The notes: a model not told the origin generated them from the sequence alone. A stretch of DNA of 64,000 nt from an uncultured Spirochaetota bacterium (GCA_963820525.1 CAWGAA010000001.1:2294203-2358202); one strand, 5' to 3'. Positions 41,401 through 49,230 are shown, counted from the first letter of the stretch. Made by a program: numbers and translations.

Positions 41401-43635
41401 CGACGTGAAGGTGACGGTGGGCTTCACCCTGTCGTATACGACGGTCCGGCTCACCGCCGCGGCGGTCTTGCCGGCCACGTCCGTGACGGTGATCGTATAC
41501 TCGAAAGTTCCGTCGGTCTCGGCGCCGGGCACGCTCCAGCTCCAGGCCTGGCTCTTTCCGCTCAGGGCCTGGTTGAGGACGGTGGTGGAGGCCCCGCCGT
41601 TCTTCTTCTGCGTGATGGTGATGTTGGCCAGCGCATTGGTGTCGGCGGCGGTACCGCTCAGGCTGAAGGCGATATTGCGATACGCGGGAGTCGGCCCGAT
41701 GGAGGTCTCGGTCAGGGTGGGGTTGGCCTGGTCGAGGAAGAAGGATCGGATTGCAACGGCGCTCTGGTTTCCGGCAAAGTCGACGGCAACGGCGCGCACC
41801 GTGTACTGGCCTTCCGTGGCGAGCGGAAGCGTCGTGACCCACGAGGCGTTTCCGGTGAGGCGGTTCCACGTCGTGAAATCGGCCGGCGGGGTCGCGGAGG
41901 AAAGCCCCAGCCACAGGTAGATGTAGCGCACGTCCCCCGTGTTGTCGGAGGCGGTTCCGCTGATCGTCGTGCTGTTGCCGGTGACATACGAACCGGCGAG
42001 CGGCGAATCGATGGAAACGGTGGGGGCGCTCTCGTCTATTATATAGTGGAGCGTACGCCGCGCGATGGTGCCGGCGTCGTCGGTGGCCTGCAGGTCGAAC
42101 CAGATGTCGGTGTTTCCGGCGGCAAGAGGAACCTGGACATAGTACCAGCCCGGATCGACGCTGTCGGCGGCCGAAACAGTCCCGGCCAGGGCGGCCCCGC
42201 CTGAAGTGAGGGACGATGAGGCCGTGAAGGCGTTTATCGCATTGTCGTCGGTTGCATGGGCGCGAATCTCGATTCCCGACTGCCCGCTTCCGCCCAACGG
42301 TCCCGCCGTGAAGGTTTTCCGCGTGATCAGGGAGAGGTCGTCGGGCAGCACGCTGTCGATGCGGGGCGCCCCCGAGTCCACGAGGAAGCCACAGGTGATC
42401 TCGGTCGTGTTGCTGGATCCCGTCGATTTGGCGCTCACCTTCACCTTGTAGCGGCCGCTTGAGATGTAGGAGCCGCCCACCTTGGGCTCGATCTGGAAGC
42501 TCACGGAGCTCGAGATCGAGGTCCACGTCACGGCCCCTGCGTCGACGTTCGGCAAGGCGGGCCACGTGGTGACGGTGGAGGGGATGATCCATGCCTTGAT
42601 CGAGGTGCCGTCCACCGGCGTTCCGGCGGGACCCGGATTCGCATAGCCGGTTATAGGCACCTTGTTCCCGATGACATTGCTGGTGATCGCCAGGCTGGGG
42701 TCGAGGTTGGAGAAGTGAAGGACGGGAAGCGTTGCATCTGCTATCTTGTCGAAATCCCCGAACTTGGGGCTCCCCGTGATGCCGATGCGCAGGGCCTGCA
42801 GCATCGCGAAGGTGATATTGCCGGCCGTGCCGCTCTGGGTCTGATCCACCTTGCCGATCTCGTCGGTGGCCGGAAAGAGCAGACCGGGTGTAAGGGCGGC
42901 CCAGATATCCTGGGAATGGTAGTAGTAGGTGTTTGTGTTTCCCGCCTTGTCGGTCGCCTGAATGGCGTACCTGTAGGTTTGATTGTCGGGACGGGCGCTC
43001 GTGATGAAGCGGGTGGACCACGTGTTGGTGCCGTCCGCCAACTTGGTCTCCAACACGCTGTTGTCTGGCGCCAGAAGCTGGACATCCACATCCACAATGG
43101 GGGATCGGTCCCACACCTCACCCTTGACGTCGATGTAGTCGCTCACGATGGGCTTGGAGGTGCCATAGCCCTGGGGCACCGTCACCAGCACCGTCGGCGC
43201 GATGTTGTCGATATAGGCAAGGAGGAGGGCCTCGACTTCCTTGCCGGAGCCGTCCGTGGCGGTAACCGTGACTTTCTGCTCCCCGTCGGGCAGGTTGTCC
43301 GCGCTTGCCGTGCCGGTGGGGATGTCGATGGTCCATGCACCGCCGGAGACCGTGATGTTCTTGGTGACGGCGCCGGATGACCCGACGTATCGCACGGTAA
43401 CCTTGGCCAGGGAAAGGTCGTCCGCAGCGGTACCCTTGACCGTCAGGGGCCCCTTGACGTACGAGTTCTGCTGGGGCGAGCTGATCGCCAGGGAAGGCGG
43501 ATTGATATCGACCTTGTCTCCCAGGCCGGGCTTCAGCAGGTCGCAGGTATTGAGAGACAGGGACGCCAGGATGATGAGGGACACCCGCGCCAATGCTCGG
43601 AGGCGCGCAAATTCACTTTGGCTCCTCTTTTTCAT
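29443..43635 (-). CDS. Giant (~4,730 aa) cell-surface protein with a lipoprotein-like signal, more than 20 tandem bacterial Ig-like domains, five 'HGL' repeat modules, and a non-Ig C-terminal ~600 aa.
   Basis: Start reassigned to ATG 43635 (MKKRSQSEFARLRALARVSLIILASLSLNTC) with GGGAGGAGG SD. ~100-aa Ig periodicity (VDTTxPTV..SxPxxxxxxxG...SGTAxD). Alternating two-domain supermodule (...FxIDQxNPxL / TAADTNALAxIxVxQKKNGG). Confidence 0.8.
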   Translation of the reverse strand: MKKRSQSEFARLRALARVSLIILASLSLNTCDLLKPGLGDKVDINPPSLAISSPQQNSYVKGPLTVKGTAADDLSLAKVTVRYVGSSGAVTKNITVSGGAWTIDIPTGTASADNLPDGEQKVTVTATDGSGKEVEALLLAYIDNIAPTVLVTVPQGYGTSKPIVSDYIDVKGEVWDRSPIVDVDVQLLAPDNSVLETKLADGTNTWSTRFITSARPDNQTYRYAIQATDKAGNTNTYYYHSQDIWAALTPGLLFPATDEIGKVDQTQSGTAGNITFAMLQALRIGITGSPKFGDFDKIADATLPVLHFSNLDPSLAITSNVIGNKVPITGYANPGPAGTPVDGTSIKAWIIPSTVTTWPALPNVDAGAVTWTSISSSVSFQIEPKVGGSYISSGRYKVKVSAKSTGSSNTTEITCGFLVDSGAPRIDSVLPDDLSLITRKTFTAGPLGGSGQSGIEIRAHATDDNAINAFTASSSLTSGGAALAGTVSAADSVDPGWYYVQVPLAAGNTDIWFDLQATDDAGTIARRTLHYIIDESAPTVSIDSPLAGSYVTGNSTTISGTASDNTGDVRYIYLWLGLSSATPPADFTTWNRLTGNASWVTTLPLATEGQYTVRAVAVDFAGNQSAVAIRSFFLDQANPTLTETSIGPTPAYRNIAFSLSGTAADTNALANITITQKKNGGASTTVLNQALSGKSQAWSWSVPGAETDGTFEYTITVTDVAGKTAAAVSRTVVYDRVKPTVTFTSLTPVIGTNTVNGIVTLTVAVSDTTGLATVWYRYGDSGAFAEITTNKTTPSLVIDTTTFTDLAVTNAWIRAIDLAGNTQEVAQALAVDQSSDKPVISLTNLSAARNTPALGWGNLLESNAKVQGSATDDDSLDSSTIEISVDAAASWAAVSQKGPSGKVVSFEHNIASLAEGMHYLHIQASDLATAKMGLPFASNAIGPVYFVVDKYPPSTSVTSPAQDAVVNAGFAISGTASDANGLADLNSDTVSDVEVSTNGGASWTVLSAPGGAWSYPVAVDTTGHTFDGSHTYKFRATDRFAKTTVADYRFVVDTTGPTLAVSAPAGSSWLSGSTSTATGNASDGTGTGVAAVYWWAGDSLATPPALLSSWNTATGTTFWSGLMDVSGLGEGNRRLSVKAVDAAGNWSATVQRDFGIDQANPVLTVTNIATGVVGRSALFPMDGTAADTNALASIKVEQKKGTGTFVEVYNQGISGSQPPQPWSVTGLPRDPATPADSLLADGLFEYRATLTDVAGRTHVVTRTVQIDTTAPTVGISNPGVGAWLSGTAYNASGTATDPLSGVATVEWSTNGTTWQSATGTSSWSATLDLNTLGEGQKTLSIRATDNASNTSGVATRTFQIDQSNPSLSGISLATGLQFKNAVFTLDATAEDTNALANVTVTQSKNGGTAIEVFNQNYSVTSQAWSLTGLPRDPAAPGTTLLSEGNYEYVITVRDVVGKTTSATRTAMVDTSSPVLTITDPTSGGWADAANYTIRGTVSDGAGKGVTQLAWSLDNATWTPIALTGLAWNATIDVSGGGEGPKTLYMKASDGLNPDATSSVAFSYDLSAPSIIEDQIATPNLVYRTADFTIGGTISDTNGVVSVKVEASRDGGAYATVDTQPKTGKSNVPWSYPKTVDNTGTHNDDGEYEYRITVTDAAGKTTTVSRLVRIDTTKPVVAVTAPGASSWTQGPTMTISGTVAEASQIASVEYAVDGGAYALAAGGSNWAATVDLDTDGEGPDTGLAEANHVLHVRATDAAALVSLTVDVAFAVDQNAPTVTVGSPAVNSYVTGANLAVNGTGIDLNGLSTWDHDSNPGTPEVKYIEVFHPGTPGTWEKMQVDDTAIGVTADHVAGIFTSAAPHGLSAGQVVYFGGTTLPGGLDGGTPYYVLYLDPTTFEVSSSSGGAKVDFASDGAGVTASRMSWADSIPTASIGEGMSKKVSIRATDIYGRSTSVDVPIKVDTAAPTAAIGSPADGDWKKGAFSISGTASDATSGLSKVQVAVMLSGQPGSGDWKDASGTATWSYTYDSSSFTDDRTIYVRAVDNAGNVTSPLASQAVHLDQVPPTLSDITFQVGTNPANPYTPGVTVYTNTAFTLAGAAADNGSLVNVTVEQSTDNGLTYTNVATITTTPETWSWGRDATWVTAASEGAYLYRAISHDAAGSASVSSIYTLVIDKSLPNTPVITAPVLTDVFSGISLSAAATASDAGPAGLQTVEMKLSTDVGWTASVYNGTAWTATITLGSEGQKTLQCQAKDKAGNISGTASVTFWKDDSPPGGSITAPTANAYRNGAVTVSMTASDTNGVSSIAVSLADAALHASNGVLTRTGGDVYNGTWDDSAAPLSVSGLDDGVCTLTATLTDVAGRTSTATRNISLDRVKPTVSFLTPAASATTNKTISVTGTSSDNVAVQSLTLHIVKDTTVTANNLTDIFTTTAANNLSAGDVVSFTGTTLPTGISAATSYYVISENLDSTHFEVSATPNGARLDFSTDGVDVKAPLVALTLSPTGSYSWNLAALDTTAADVVNASTLVSGTKYGITLRAMATDIAGNKSAYNAQHPEYTDRSFFIDQQSDRPTIKLTNVNPNGTTTLKLTNTVYGTVSDDDGVTKLEIGEAAFDGVTVTPNSGSDVFATGSAHGLVAGTAVYFGGTALPAGISANTRYYVISEGLDATHFEVSQTLDGTKLDYTSDGTDVTISAFQTVTADASWSYDASSGDGTKRLYFRVTDASSTVFTTDLSNEPRIQDAADDTSVTFKVDTKTPEVDPTITIETCLPATANDTSDIITTDSAHGLASGNTVTFSATGLPGGISANTTYFVVAVPTSTQIQVSATSGGPVVDITSAGSGVFVHLAAKSLTTNMPFGGPTGRFNIRYSARDENGVASVVVAIPGIGNVTASVVGSPVAWPGYTPYETGVTNVTALSDGAKDVVATVTDGSGLASTATRTILVDNSAPSLGFLTPVNAAIVNGEVTVKGTASDSGSGLDTVMYRLGKNYTSQSPTAVGGTVYTWEIPFLNPSKIDNYSSMYSGLVDRTTGEEKSFTAAALVSNPNAAVGNTIKINGAYRVIATWTPAAGTVTWTGADVAVGTSQEYEVYTDVSAIHDSYTGVDLFVFPMVLRATDKAGNSTESLPITGAGATRSNPTSLSSAAIQNNTRIAVGQVVFIGNNARLITGWTPASGTVSWSGDVSIGETDFTIYPYSLRIDPNGDKPVASVSYPDANMTLGGSIRIYGSAIDDDGVAEVAMQIDCNNDGQFTAADTAGGTDWYNGGNGHTVIGSNNWYEVINSSQEFDPSGETPNPISFRVRAKDINGTLGPWSQPRTILVDKNVPKIGSTVPLYLEKVGDPTTTVTYTAGMYIKGNWYLKGSIENESALSSVSLSAPISKSIFWNGSVYTGDTGSFTLVTPSVPPYTNGLYKRIDLNVEIDSPGNSVVPLNFTLAAVDVAAQPKSSSLDMRITIDTKPPTAPTGPDFDNLTKFMVQDNGWCKLTGSALDEGSDVDRVEVYFIRRGMGNPANDRMYNPLAGNTKAYLSDFAFSGYEPVRTGTGTRPSQTSLVDASLIAAPAAALINKGQKIAIGGTIRTIDTWTPGSGTITWADGVVDQGLTAYSIDLAISIDHKNITESHDGASVLNDDGDGYVEKLRQTVGDTYDWYVDVNSANIPDGPIEIHYVVYDEAGNAAHYQIATSVQNSGPQLGAMWLGTDLDKNGSIDETPSSTEREKFLFTQGTNPVTYLTSVSTSYKVKAAPMYILYEITGGNGILETQVSAGPNTGSLSAVGTYVVRNGGTGTPITSLLLDATALSAITDGTRTFRSVIWDTTEETTRLTDSQHIQRDIVCKIKVTDSKAPVAYLNNFFWNSASDNSLYLNLKTNGHIELAGIDDSDPDVSGKISIRGTTGDDQGVVYIWMHIDNFTFPHAATIPTTSIGGQTYYRIANYDPLGSPPANWTSMNGFMVPSDTFGTNGWKFTVVSSTFSQAGHSVVWRLDWDSARISHIAVNDQNIRIVAEDKAATRSAVTADNTTLSGTGTRADTTHISDVNLQGRTTLWDNLPITVGSTNTTVADYDSGSGVIELAVPVAVGSTSYSITLPPNKPAYQVDVVPYITSITRQSPYPTNRTKYGKFLVNAGETNLTMTGFNLGDGTDTPTVTINRTPFLVVATNGDNRLNATAHGLANGTIVWITATTLPTGISSNVGYYVVNTAANYFQVSLTSGGPAVDFTSDGADVKVSVQQNTVTVSGSGSPYTSLTFTGTQMVNSGYLKVVVNGQPSINNTDSNSAEYNNEGGSGLWDDDRYMSVFDVGDYFAGSDAPEWPSMSINPTNSHVYGAWSSYNSGASYYSMPNSYGGAATEIWSGVDPAEYTDLFVRNNAGVDVRHSVVLENQNMTGTWQGLNSFIDTGSSRQIEREGNSDPPPANHSDGQDEMLFQFKNPRFTVKVGAAPANDVKYISYYDGWSKCLKYGVVTGGTGTFIGQNHLTDNQVVVDGYDFLAGAAPDYKYASSEDVGLWSDIGIDPDDGVPVIVYYSNTNKTLKIARGWNTQPVGNFNATAPYAPSATHQWEIDLIQPVNSFLGSYVSMVVDSNDAASSTYGDLFIMTFQNADGNLVFIHGHDVDGTGAGVQYTFDAPVTIDSVESVGPWSRISLMYIGTTAIPYVSYENASSVGTLGGLKIAWVKSGTGSSADDWEYGTIPVNDPVRDHRTNIVTSSTLNIGRYVAGVAQSADIAIGYAGSRFNLVYHKKEQ

Positions 43636-43828
43636 ACCGGCCTCCTCCCGATGACGGCGCTCCCGGTTTCCGGCAAGTCGAGGCTGTTTCCCTGTTCTTA
43701 ACCTCGCCTGCCGCCCGCCCACATACAGTATCGTCAGCTCGCTCACCGGGCCCACATGGGCAAACCATTAAAGTCTACCCCGTTTTTCTTCGATTTCATG
43801 AACAAATTCCTTAACATCCGTTAAGCGC

Positions 43829-43834
43829 TATAAT
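43829..43834 (+). promoter_or_regulatory. TATAAT -10 box in the AT-rich divergent intergenic region between the two giant genes, with inverted repeat TTAACatccGTTAA at 43811..43824.
   Basis: Read directly. The -35 is weak or unclear. Confidence 0.4.
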
Positions 43835-43911
43835 CCCCCGAAACGTCGAGAATTGATCAGGAGCACGCGGCCCAGCGGGGGAATGAAAAGCAAGGATGCG
43901 CGAGGTATGAT

Positions 43912-46900
43912 ATGGAAGACATGAGTGGAGCGAACCGTCGAATCTTGAAGAGATGTCTCCTCTCCCTCTCTTTTTTGCTCGGCTTTCAGGCAGCCTCTTT
44001 CGCCGCAGGGTCGAAGGAGGCCGACTTCAAGAAGACGGACGGCCGCGACAACTGGGAGTACACCTATGACATCTCCACGATGGCGCCCGGAAAGTACAAC
44101 CTGATCGTCGAGGGCAAGGACAAGGCCGGAAACGTCTCCACCGCGGGCCCTTACAACGTGTATATCGATCCGAAATCCGACCTGCCCGTGGCCGGCATTT
44201 CCAACCCGACGCCGGGCCTGCGCGTGGGAGGAGATCTCCACATCGTCGGCACCTGCGTGGACGACGATGGAGTGGACCGCGTCGAGGTCAAGCTTGACGA
44301 CGGGGAGTTCGTCAAGGCGGACGGCAGGGAGTACTGGTCCTACTCCCTGGAGGCGGCTTCCATGGCCGACGGCCGCCACACGGTGAGCGCCCGCGGCGTG
44401 GACATCAACGGCCTGGTGGGAGAGCCGGTGAGCGTTTCCTTCAACCTCGATACGCACAGGCCGGTTATCGCCATCGTCTCCCATAAGAGCGGGACCATCG
44501 TATCGGGGACGGTCACTCTTTCAGGAACCGCCACGGATGCCAACGGGATCAAGAGCCTCGCCTGCAGCCAGGACAACAAGAAAACATTCCGGGAGCTTCC
44601 CCTCCGGCGGGGGAAGGACGACACCTCGGCGCAATTCGAGCTCACCGTGGATACCAAAAAGCTCGCCGATGGCCCGTACGCCTACTGGTTCGGCAGCCTC
44701 GACATGACGGGATCCACCGGATACACGGCGTTTCTCCTGTTCGTGGACAACACGGGCCCCTCCATCGAAATCTTGAAGCCGAAGAGCGACGAGAAGGTGA
44801 GCGGCAGGGTCGCCGTCATAGGCAAGATCACGGAGCGCATCGGCATCAAATCGTTCTCCTACGACGGGGGTGAGGCAAACAGGGGCGCCATAGAACTGGC
44901 CCCGGGCAACCCCTACTGGATCCACGAGTTCGATTTTTCCAAGCCGCGCGCATCCTCCGCGCGCATCCTCTTCACCGTGGTCGACCTCGTGGGAAACACA
45001 ACGACGAAGGATCTCACCGTGCAGATCCTCCCCGACGAGGCGGACCTTCCCGTCGTGACGCTCCGCTCGCCGGCGGCGAACGGGGTCTATCCCGCCGATG
45101 TCCTTTTGTCCGGCTCGGTCCGCGACGACGATGGAGTGAAGGCAGTGCAATACTCCATCGACGGAGGGAAACCCGTCGTGCTCGATTCCCGGGAGGCTTT
45201 CTCGGCGATGCTCACGGAGCTTCCCGCCGGAAAGCACAAGCTGGCCATCCATGGAGTCGACACCAACGACAGACCGGGAAAGGATGTCACCGTCGAGTTC
45301 ACCTCCCGGGGAAAACCTCCGGCGGTCACGGTGGAAAGCGTTTCCAGCGGGAAAGAGAGCGTTCCCTTCAGGCCGGGCTTCGAGATAGCCCGCGACAAGG
45401 GAGCGGTCCTCGTCGGCAGGATATCGACCCTTGGCCAGCTGAAGAGCCTGGAGTGCTCCTTGAACGGCGCTCCAGCGCAGAAGCTCTCCACCAAGGGCGC
45501 CGACAAGGCCGGTGAGGCTTCATTCGAGATCCGCATCCCCCCGACGGTCTCCTTCGGCATGGTGACGCTTTCCGTGCGCGCGACGGACCAGTCCGATCAG
45601 GTGGGCGAGTTCAAGAGCATCATCCACGTGACCAACTACTCCAAGCGCAACATCGAGCCCGGCATCTACTTCCTGCAGACGCGCGCTCAAGCGGATGGTA
45701 CGATTCTCTTGACTCCTGAAATGCCCCTGGTGGGGATCTTCACCGGGGAAGAAATACGCTCCGTCAGCATCGAGCCTCCCTCCGACGTGCTTTCCATAGC
45801 CTTGGACGGAGAGAAGATCACGGTGAGCCCGCGCGGAACGGGCGCTGCGGGCCCCCTCCACGTCAAGGTGGTATCGGCCAAGGGGCGCGTCTTCACCTCC
45901 CCCGAGCTCGGATTCCAGGCCGACACGAGCGGAGGCGCCGCTTCCGCAGCCATCGATTTCTCCCGCATCGTCCAGGGAAAAGACTCCTTCGAGTATTCCC
46001 CGGGAATGCGTCTCGTGATCGATAGGTCGACTCTCCTCACGGGGACTGCCGCGATTGCCGCGCAGGTGAAATCCGCCGAGTATGCCCTCCAGGGCGGGCC
46101 CGCGCGAGGCTTCGGCTTGAAGAAGCTCGACACGGCAGGCCAGTACGGATTCGAAATACCCCTTCCGCCCGAACTCCCGTACGGAAAGATCGATCTGCGC
46201 ATGGCCGTTACGGATGCAAGCGGTCAGAAAACCGTGCTTTCGACCTCTTTCTTCCGGGTTGAAAAGGAAAGCGGGACGGACAATGACGGGGAAGGCATTT
46301 ACCTCGCCGACTCCCGCATCGACTCGACGGGGGCGCTTCTCCTCGCTCCCGGCGAAAGCATCGGCGGATACTTCAACGGCCGTCCGGTCAAGGAAATCAG
46401 GCTCGACCCCGACACTCCGCTTCTTTCCGCCGCGGCCGATGGCAACTTCATCCGGCTCTCCGCGGTCAAGGAAGGGATGCCGGCGAGCGTCCGCCTGCGG
46501 CTGACCACCGTGGACGGCGACTTCTTCCAATCGGATCCCTACACGGTCCGCTCGGACGCCGGGGCGCCCGCCGTCACCGTGGACTCTCCCCGGACGGGAG
46601 ACTGGGTGGGGGCACGGCTGAGGCTGAAGGGATCAGCCTCGGATCCCAACGGAATCGTGAAGCTGGAATACGCCCTGAACTCAAGCGACGCCTTCACCGC
46701 AATCCCGCCGGCCGGGGGGAGCGGGTCGTCCGGCTTCGATATTCCCCTCGATCTGGCGGACGTACCGGACGGGGACGTGGGCTTGACGGTCCGCGCCGCA
46801 GACGGCGCAGGGCGGCAGAGCGTGGTCTCGCTTCGGTTCATGAAGGACTCCGAGGGGCCGGCGATCTCGCTGGTAACTCCTCCCGCCGAAGACCCGGTGA

Positions 46901-49230
46901 ACGGCCTCATAACGGTCACCGGGACGGCCACCGACGCTGGAGCGGTGGATCAAGTGGAGTTCAGCGACGACGGCAAGACCTACGCCGCCGTGACGGGGAC
47001 CGGGGTGTTCAGCATGCCTCTGGACCTCTCCAAGTACACCAAGCTCCCGGAGGCGTTCTACTTCCGGGCGAGGGACAAGAGCGGCAACATATCCGTATTC
47101 ACCGCGGCGCTGAACGTCCAGCAGGAGACCGACATACCTACGGTTCAGATCCAGATCCCGCAGGACGGGGAGGTGCTCAGGAGCGATTTCACCATCTCCG
47201 GGATGGTGTTCGACGACGACGGAGTGGGGTCGATCTCCTACCGAATCGACCAGGGGCCGATCCAGAAGCTTCCCGGCTCCAACAGCTTCGACATCCCCCT
47301 CCGCCTTGAGGACATGAGCGACAACGAGCACGCGATCGAGGTGATGGCGGAGGATCTCAACGGGGTGCCCAGCAAATCAGCCACGTCGACGTTCAAGATC
47401 TCAAAGGCGGAGCCGACTTCGCGCCTGACATCTCCGGCTTTGAGCACCACGACGCGGGGCGTCATCACCCTTGCCGGAGAGTCGATGGACAAGAACGGCA
47501 TCAAGGAGATATCCATCTCCTTCGACAACGGCCAGACCTTCAACCTCGCCGAGGGCAAGGAGAAATGGGCCTACCGTCTCGATACCCAGATTCTCAAGGA
47601 CGGCACCTACTCCATCATCATCAAGGCGGTGGACGCGTACGGGACCGAGGGGCTTTTCTCGACGCTTCTCAACATCGACAACCAGCCGCCGCAAATCATC
47701 CTGGACACTCCCAAGGACGGCGCGCCTGTTACGGAAAGCCTCGCAGTCGATGGACGCGCCATCGACAATATCGACCTTACCTCCCTGAAGGCCACTCTTG
47801 CGCCGCTGGGCTTGAAAGGATCAAGCCCTGCCTCCTGGGATCTTCCGCGGAAGGGGCATTTCTCCTCGGCGCTGGATCTCAAGGCCGTCGCGGCCGGATG
47901 GTACAACCTAACCCTGGAGGCAACGGACAAGGCGGAGAACTCGGCCAAGATCTCCAGAAACGTGCTCGTCCAGGAAAAGAAGGCCGTGAACACGGTGCAG
48001 ATCCTCTTCCCCGTGAATGGGGAAAGCATTTCGGGATCGTTCACCCTGGCGGGAAGGGTGCAGTCCTCCGAGAAGGTCACGGAGGTCGGCTTCAGCGTGG
48101 ACGGTCAGGCCGCCGGAACCATTCCCATGAACGACAACGGCTACTTCACAATGGCCGTCACGCCGGAATCCCTTCAGGACGGGACGCATTCCCTCGAGGC
48201 GCAGGCCAGGCTCGCGGGAGACCTCGTGATCCGCTCGGAGCCTCGAAGCATCGTCTACAGGAAGCTGGGGCCGTGGATCAGGATCACCAGCAACGCACCC
48301 GGGGATTTCGTCACCTCCCGCCCCTTCATCACGGGAGAAGCGGGCTTCACCTCGGAGCCTGCGGATCCCGCGGACAAGGAAGCCGTGGCTCGCGCGCAGC
48401 GGGAGCGCGATGCTCATCGGATCGAGCGCATCGAGGTGAGCCTCGACAATGGGAAGAGCTTCACGGCCGTTTCGGGGCGCGAGAAGTGGCAGTACAGGCT
48501 GGAGACGCAGAACTATCCCGACGGAGAAGTCAGGTTCATCGCACGGGCCGTTTTTACGGACGGATCGACGGCATTCGACGAAACTCTCCTCACGATCGAC
48601 GACACGCCGCCCCAGGTTGTCCTGCTCTCCCCGCGTGAGGAAGGCCGATTCAACGGGGAGATCTCTCTGCTCGGTACGGCTCATGACGAGAATGGAATCT
48701 CCCAGGTGCGCGCCGCGGTCCGCCAGGGAGACAAGGCGAACTACGAAGTGCCCGGCTTCATCCAGGGCCTCTACTTCGAAGGCCACGCGCTTGGAGCCAC
48801 CGAATGGGACTTCGGCATCGGGCTCACGTTCTTCGACGACAACGTCAAGCTCCAGGCCCAGGTGGGCACGGCTCCCGAAGGGAGGTTCTCGGGCCTGGTC
48901 ATTGGGACGAAGCTTCTGGCCAACATCTTCCGCCTCCCCTTCAGCTATTTCCTGGGGCCCGACTGGGACCTGCTGTCCCTGTCCCTGGCCATCGGCGCCA
49001 ACTTCTCCTACGTCACCAACTCGGGCAGCGCGATCGCCTTTACAGACAAAGGCCTGATCATCGGAGGAGTCGTGGGTCAGCTGGAGTTCCCCATCGTGAA
49101 GCTCAAGTCGTGGCCCCTGTTCAGGACATACTCGCTGTACACGGAGTACCAGCTCTGGTTCATCTCATCGGACATCAGCGCGGGCTTCGTGAGCCGGATG
49201 GCTTTCGGCGCGCGGATCGGACTGTTCTAA
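43912..49230 (+). CDS. Large (1,772 aa) secreted Ig-like repeat protein with a beta-strand-rich, aromatic-terminated C-terminal region (possible outer-membrane anchor).
   Basis: Signal peptide (RRILKRCLLSLSFLLGFQAASFAAG). Repeated ~95-aa modules (SPxxGxxVxGxVxLSGTAxDDDGV). Last ~170 aa have alternating hydrophobicity and end ...GARIGLF. GAGGT SD. Confidence 0.75.
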   Translation: MEDMSGANRRILKRCLLSLSFLLGFQAASFAAGSKEADFKKTDGRDNWEYTYDISTMAPGKYNLIVEGKDKAGNVSTAGPYNVYIDPKSDLPVAGISNPTPGLRVGGDLHIVGTCVDDDGVDRVEVKLDDGEFVKADGREYWSYSLEAASMADGRHTVSARGVDINGLVGEPVSVSFNLDTHRPVIAIVSHKSGTIVSGTVTLSGTATDANGIKSLACSQDNKKTFRELPLRRGKDDTSAQFELTVDTKKLADGPYAYWFGSLDMTGSTGYTAFLLFVDNTGPSIEILKPKSDEKVSGRVAVIGKITERIGIKSFSYDGGEANRGAIELAPGNPYWIHEFDFSKPRASSARILFTVVDLVGNTTTKDLTVQILPDEADLPVVTLRSPAANGVYPADVLLSGSVRDDDGVKAVQYSIDGGKPVVLDSREAFSAMLTELPAGKHKLAIHGVDTNDRPGKDVTVEFTSRGKPPAVTVESVSSGKESVPFRPGFEIARDKGAVLVGRISTLGQLKSLECSLNGAPAQKLSTKGADKAGEASFEIRIPPTVSFGMVTLSVRATDQSDQVGEFKSIIHVTNYSKRNIEPGIYFLQTRAQADGTILLTPEMPLVGIFTGEEIRSVSIEPPSDVLSIALDGEKITVSPRGTGAAGPLHVKVVSAKGRVFTSPELGFQADTSGGAASAAIDFSRIVQGKDSFEYSPGMRLVIDRSTLLTGTAAIAAQVKSAEYALQGGPARGFGLKKLDTAGQYGFEIPLPPELPYGKIDLRMAVTDASGQKTVLSTSFFRVEKESGTDNDGEGIYLADSRIDSTGALLLAPGESIGGYFNGRPVKEIRLDPDTPLLSAAADGNFIRLSAVKEGMPASVRLRLTTVDGDFFQSDPYTVRSDAGAPAVTVDSPRTGDWVGARLRLKGSASDPNGIVKLEYALNSSDAFTAIPPAGGSGSSGFDIPLDLADVPDGDVGLTVRAADGAGRQSVVSLRFMKDSEGPAISLVTPPAEDPVNGLITVTGTATDAGAVDQVEFSDDGKTYAAVTGTGVFSMPLDLSKYTKLPEAFYFRARDKSGNISVFTAALNVQQETDIPTVQIQIPQDGEVLRSDFTISGMVFDDDGVGSISYRIDQGPIQKLPGSNSFDIPLRLEDMSDNEHAIEVMAEDLNGVPSKSATSTFKISKAEPTSRLTSPALSTTTRGVITLAGESMDKNGIKEISISFDNGQTFNLAEGKEKWAYRLDTQILKDGTYSIIIKAVDAYGTEGLFSTLLNIDNQPPQIILDTPKDGAPVTESLAVDGRAIDNIDLTSLKATLAPLGLKGSSPASWDLPRKGHFSSALDLKAVAAGWYNLTLEATDKAENSAKISRNVLVQEKKAVNTVQILFPVNGESISGSFTLAGRVQSSEKVTEVGFSVDGQAAGTIPMNDNGYFTMAVTPESLQDGTHSLEAQARLAGDLVIRSEPRSIVYRKLGPWIRITSNAPGDFVTSRPFITGEAGFTSEPADPADKEAVARAQRERDAHRIERIEVSLDNGKSFTAVSGREKWQYRLETQNYPDGEVRFIARAVFTDGSTAFDETLLTIDDTPPQVVLLSPREEGRFNGEISLLGTAHDENGISQVRAAVRQGDKANYEVPGFIQGLYFEGHALGATEWDFGIGLTFFDDNVKLQAQVGTAPEGRFSGLVIGTKLLANIFRLPFSYFLGPDWDLLSLSLAIGANFSYVTNSGSAIAFTDKGLIIGGVVGQLEFPIVKLKSWPLFRTYSLYTEYQLWFISSDISAGFVSRMAFGARIGLF

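Noticed and set aside
43636-43755. First 40 codons of the giant ORF (MGPVSELTILYVGGRQARLRTGKQPRLAGNRERRHREEAG).
   Set aside because: It precedes a very strong SD (GGGAGGAGG) and the MKKRSQ... signal peptide, so it is more likely 5' UTR than coding.
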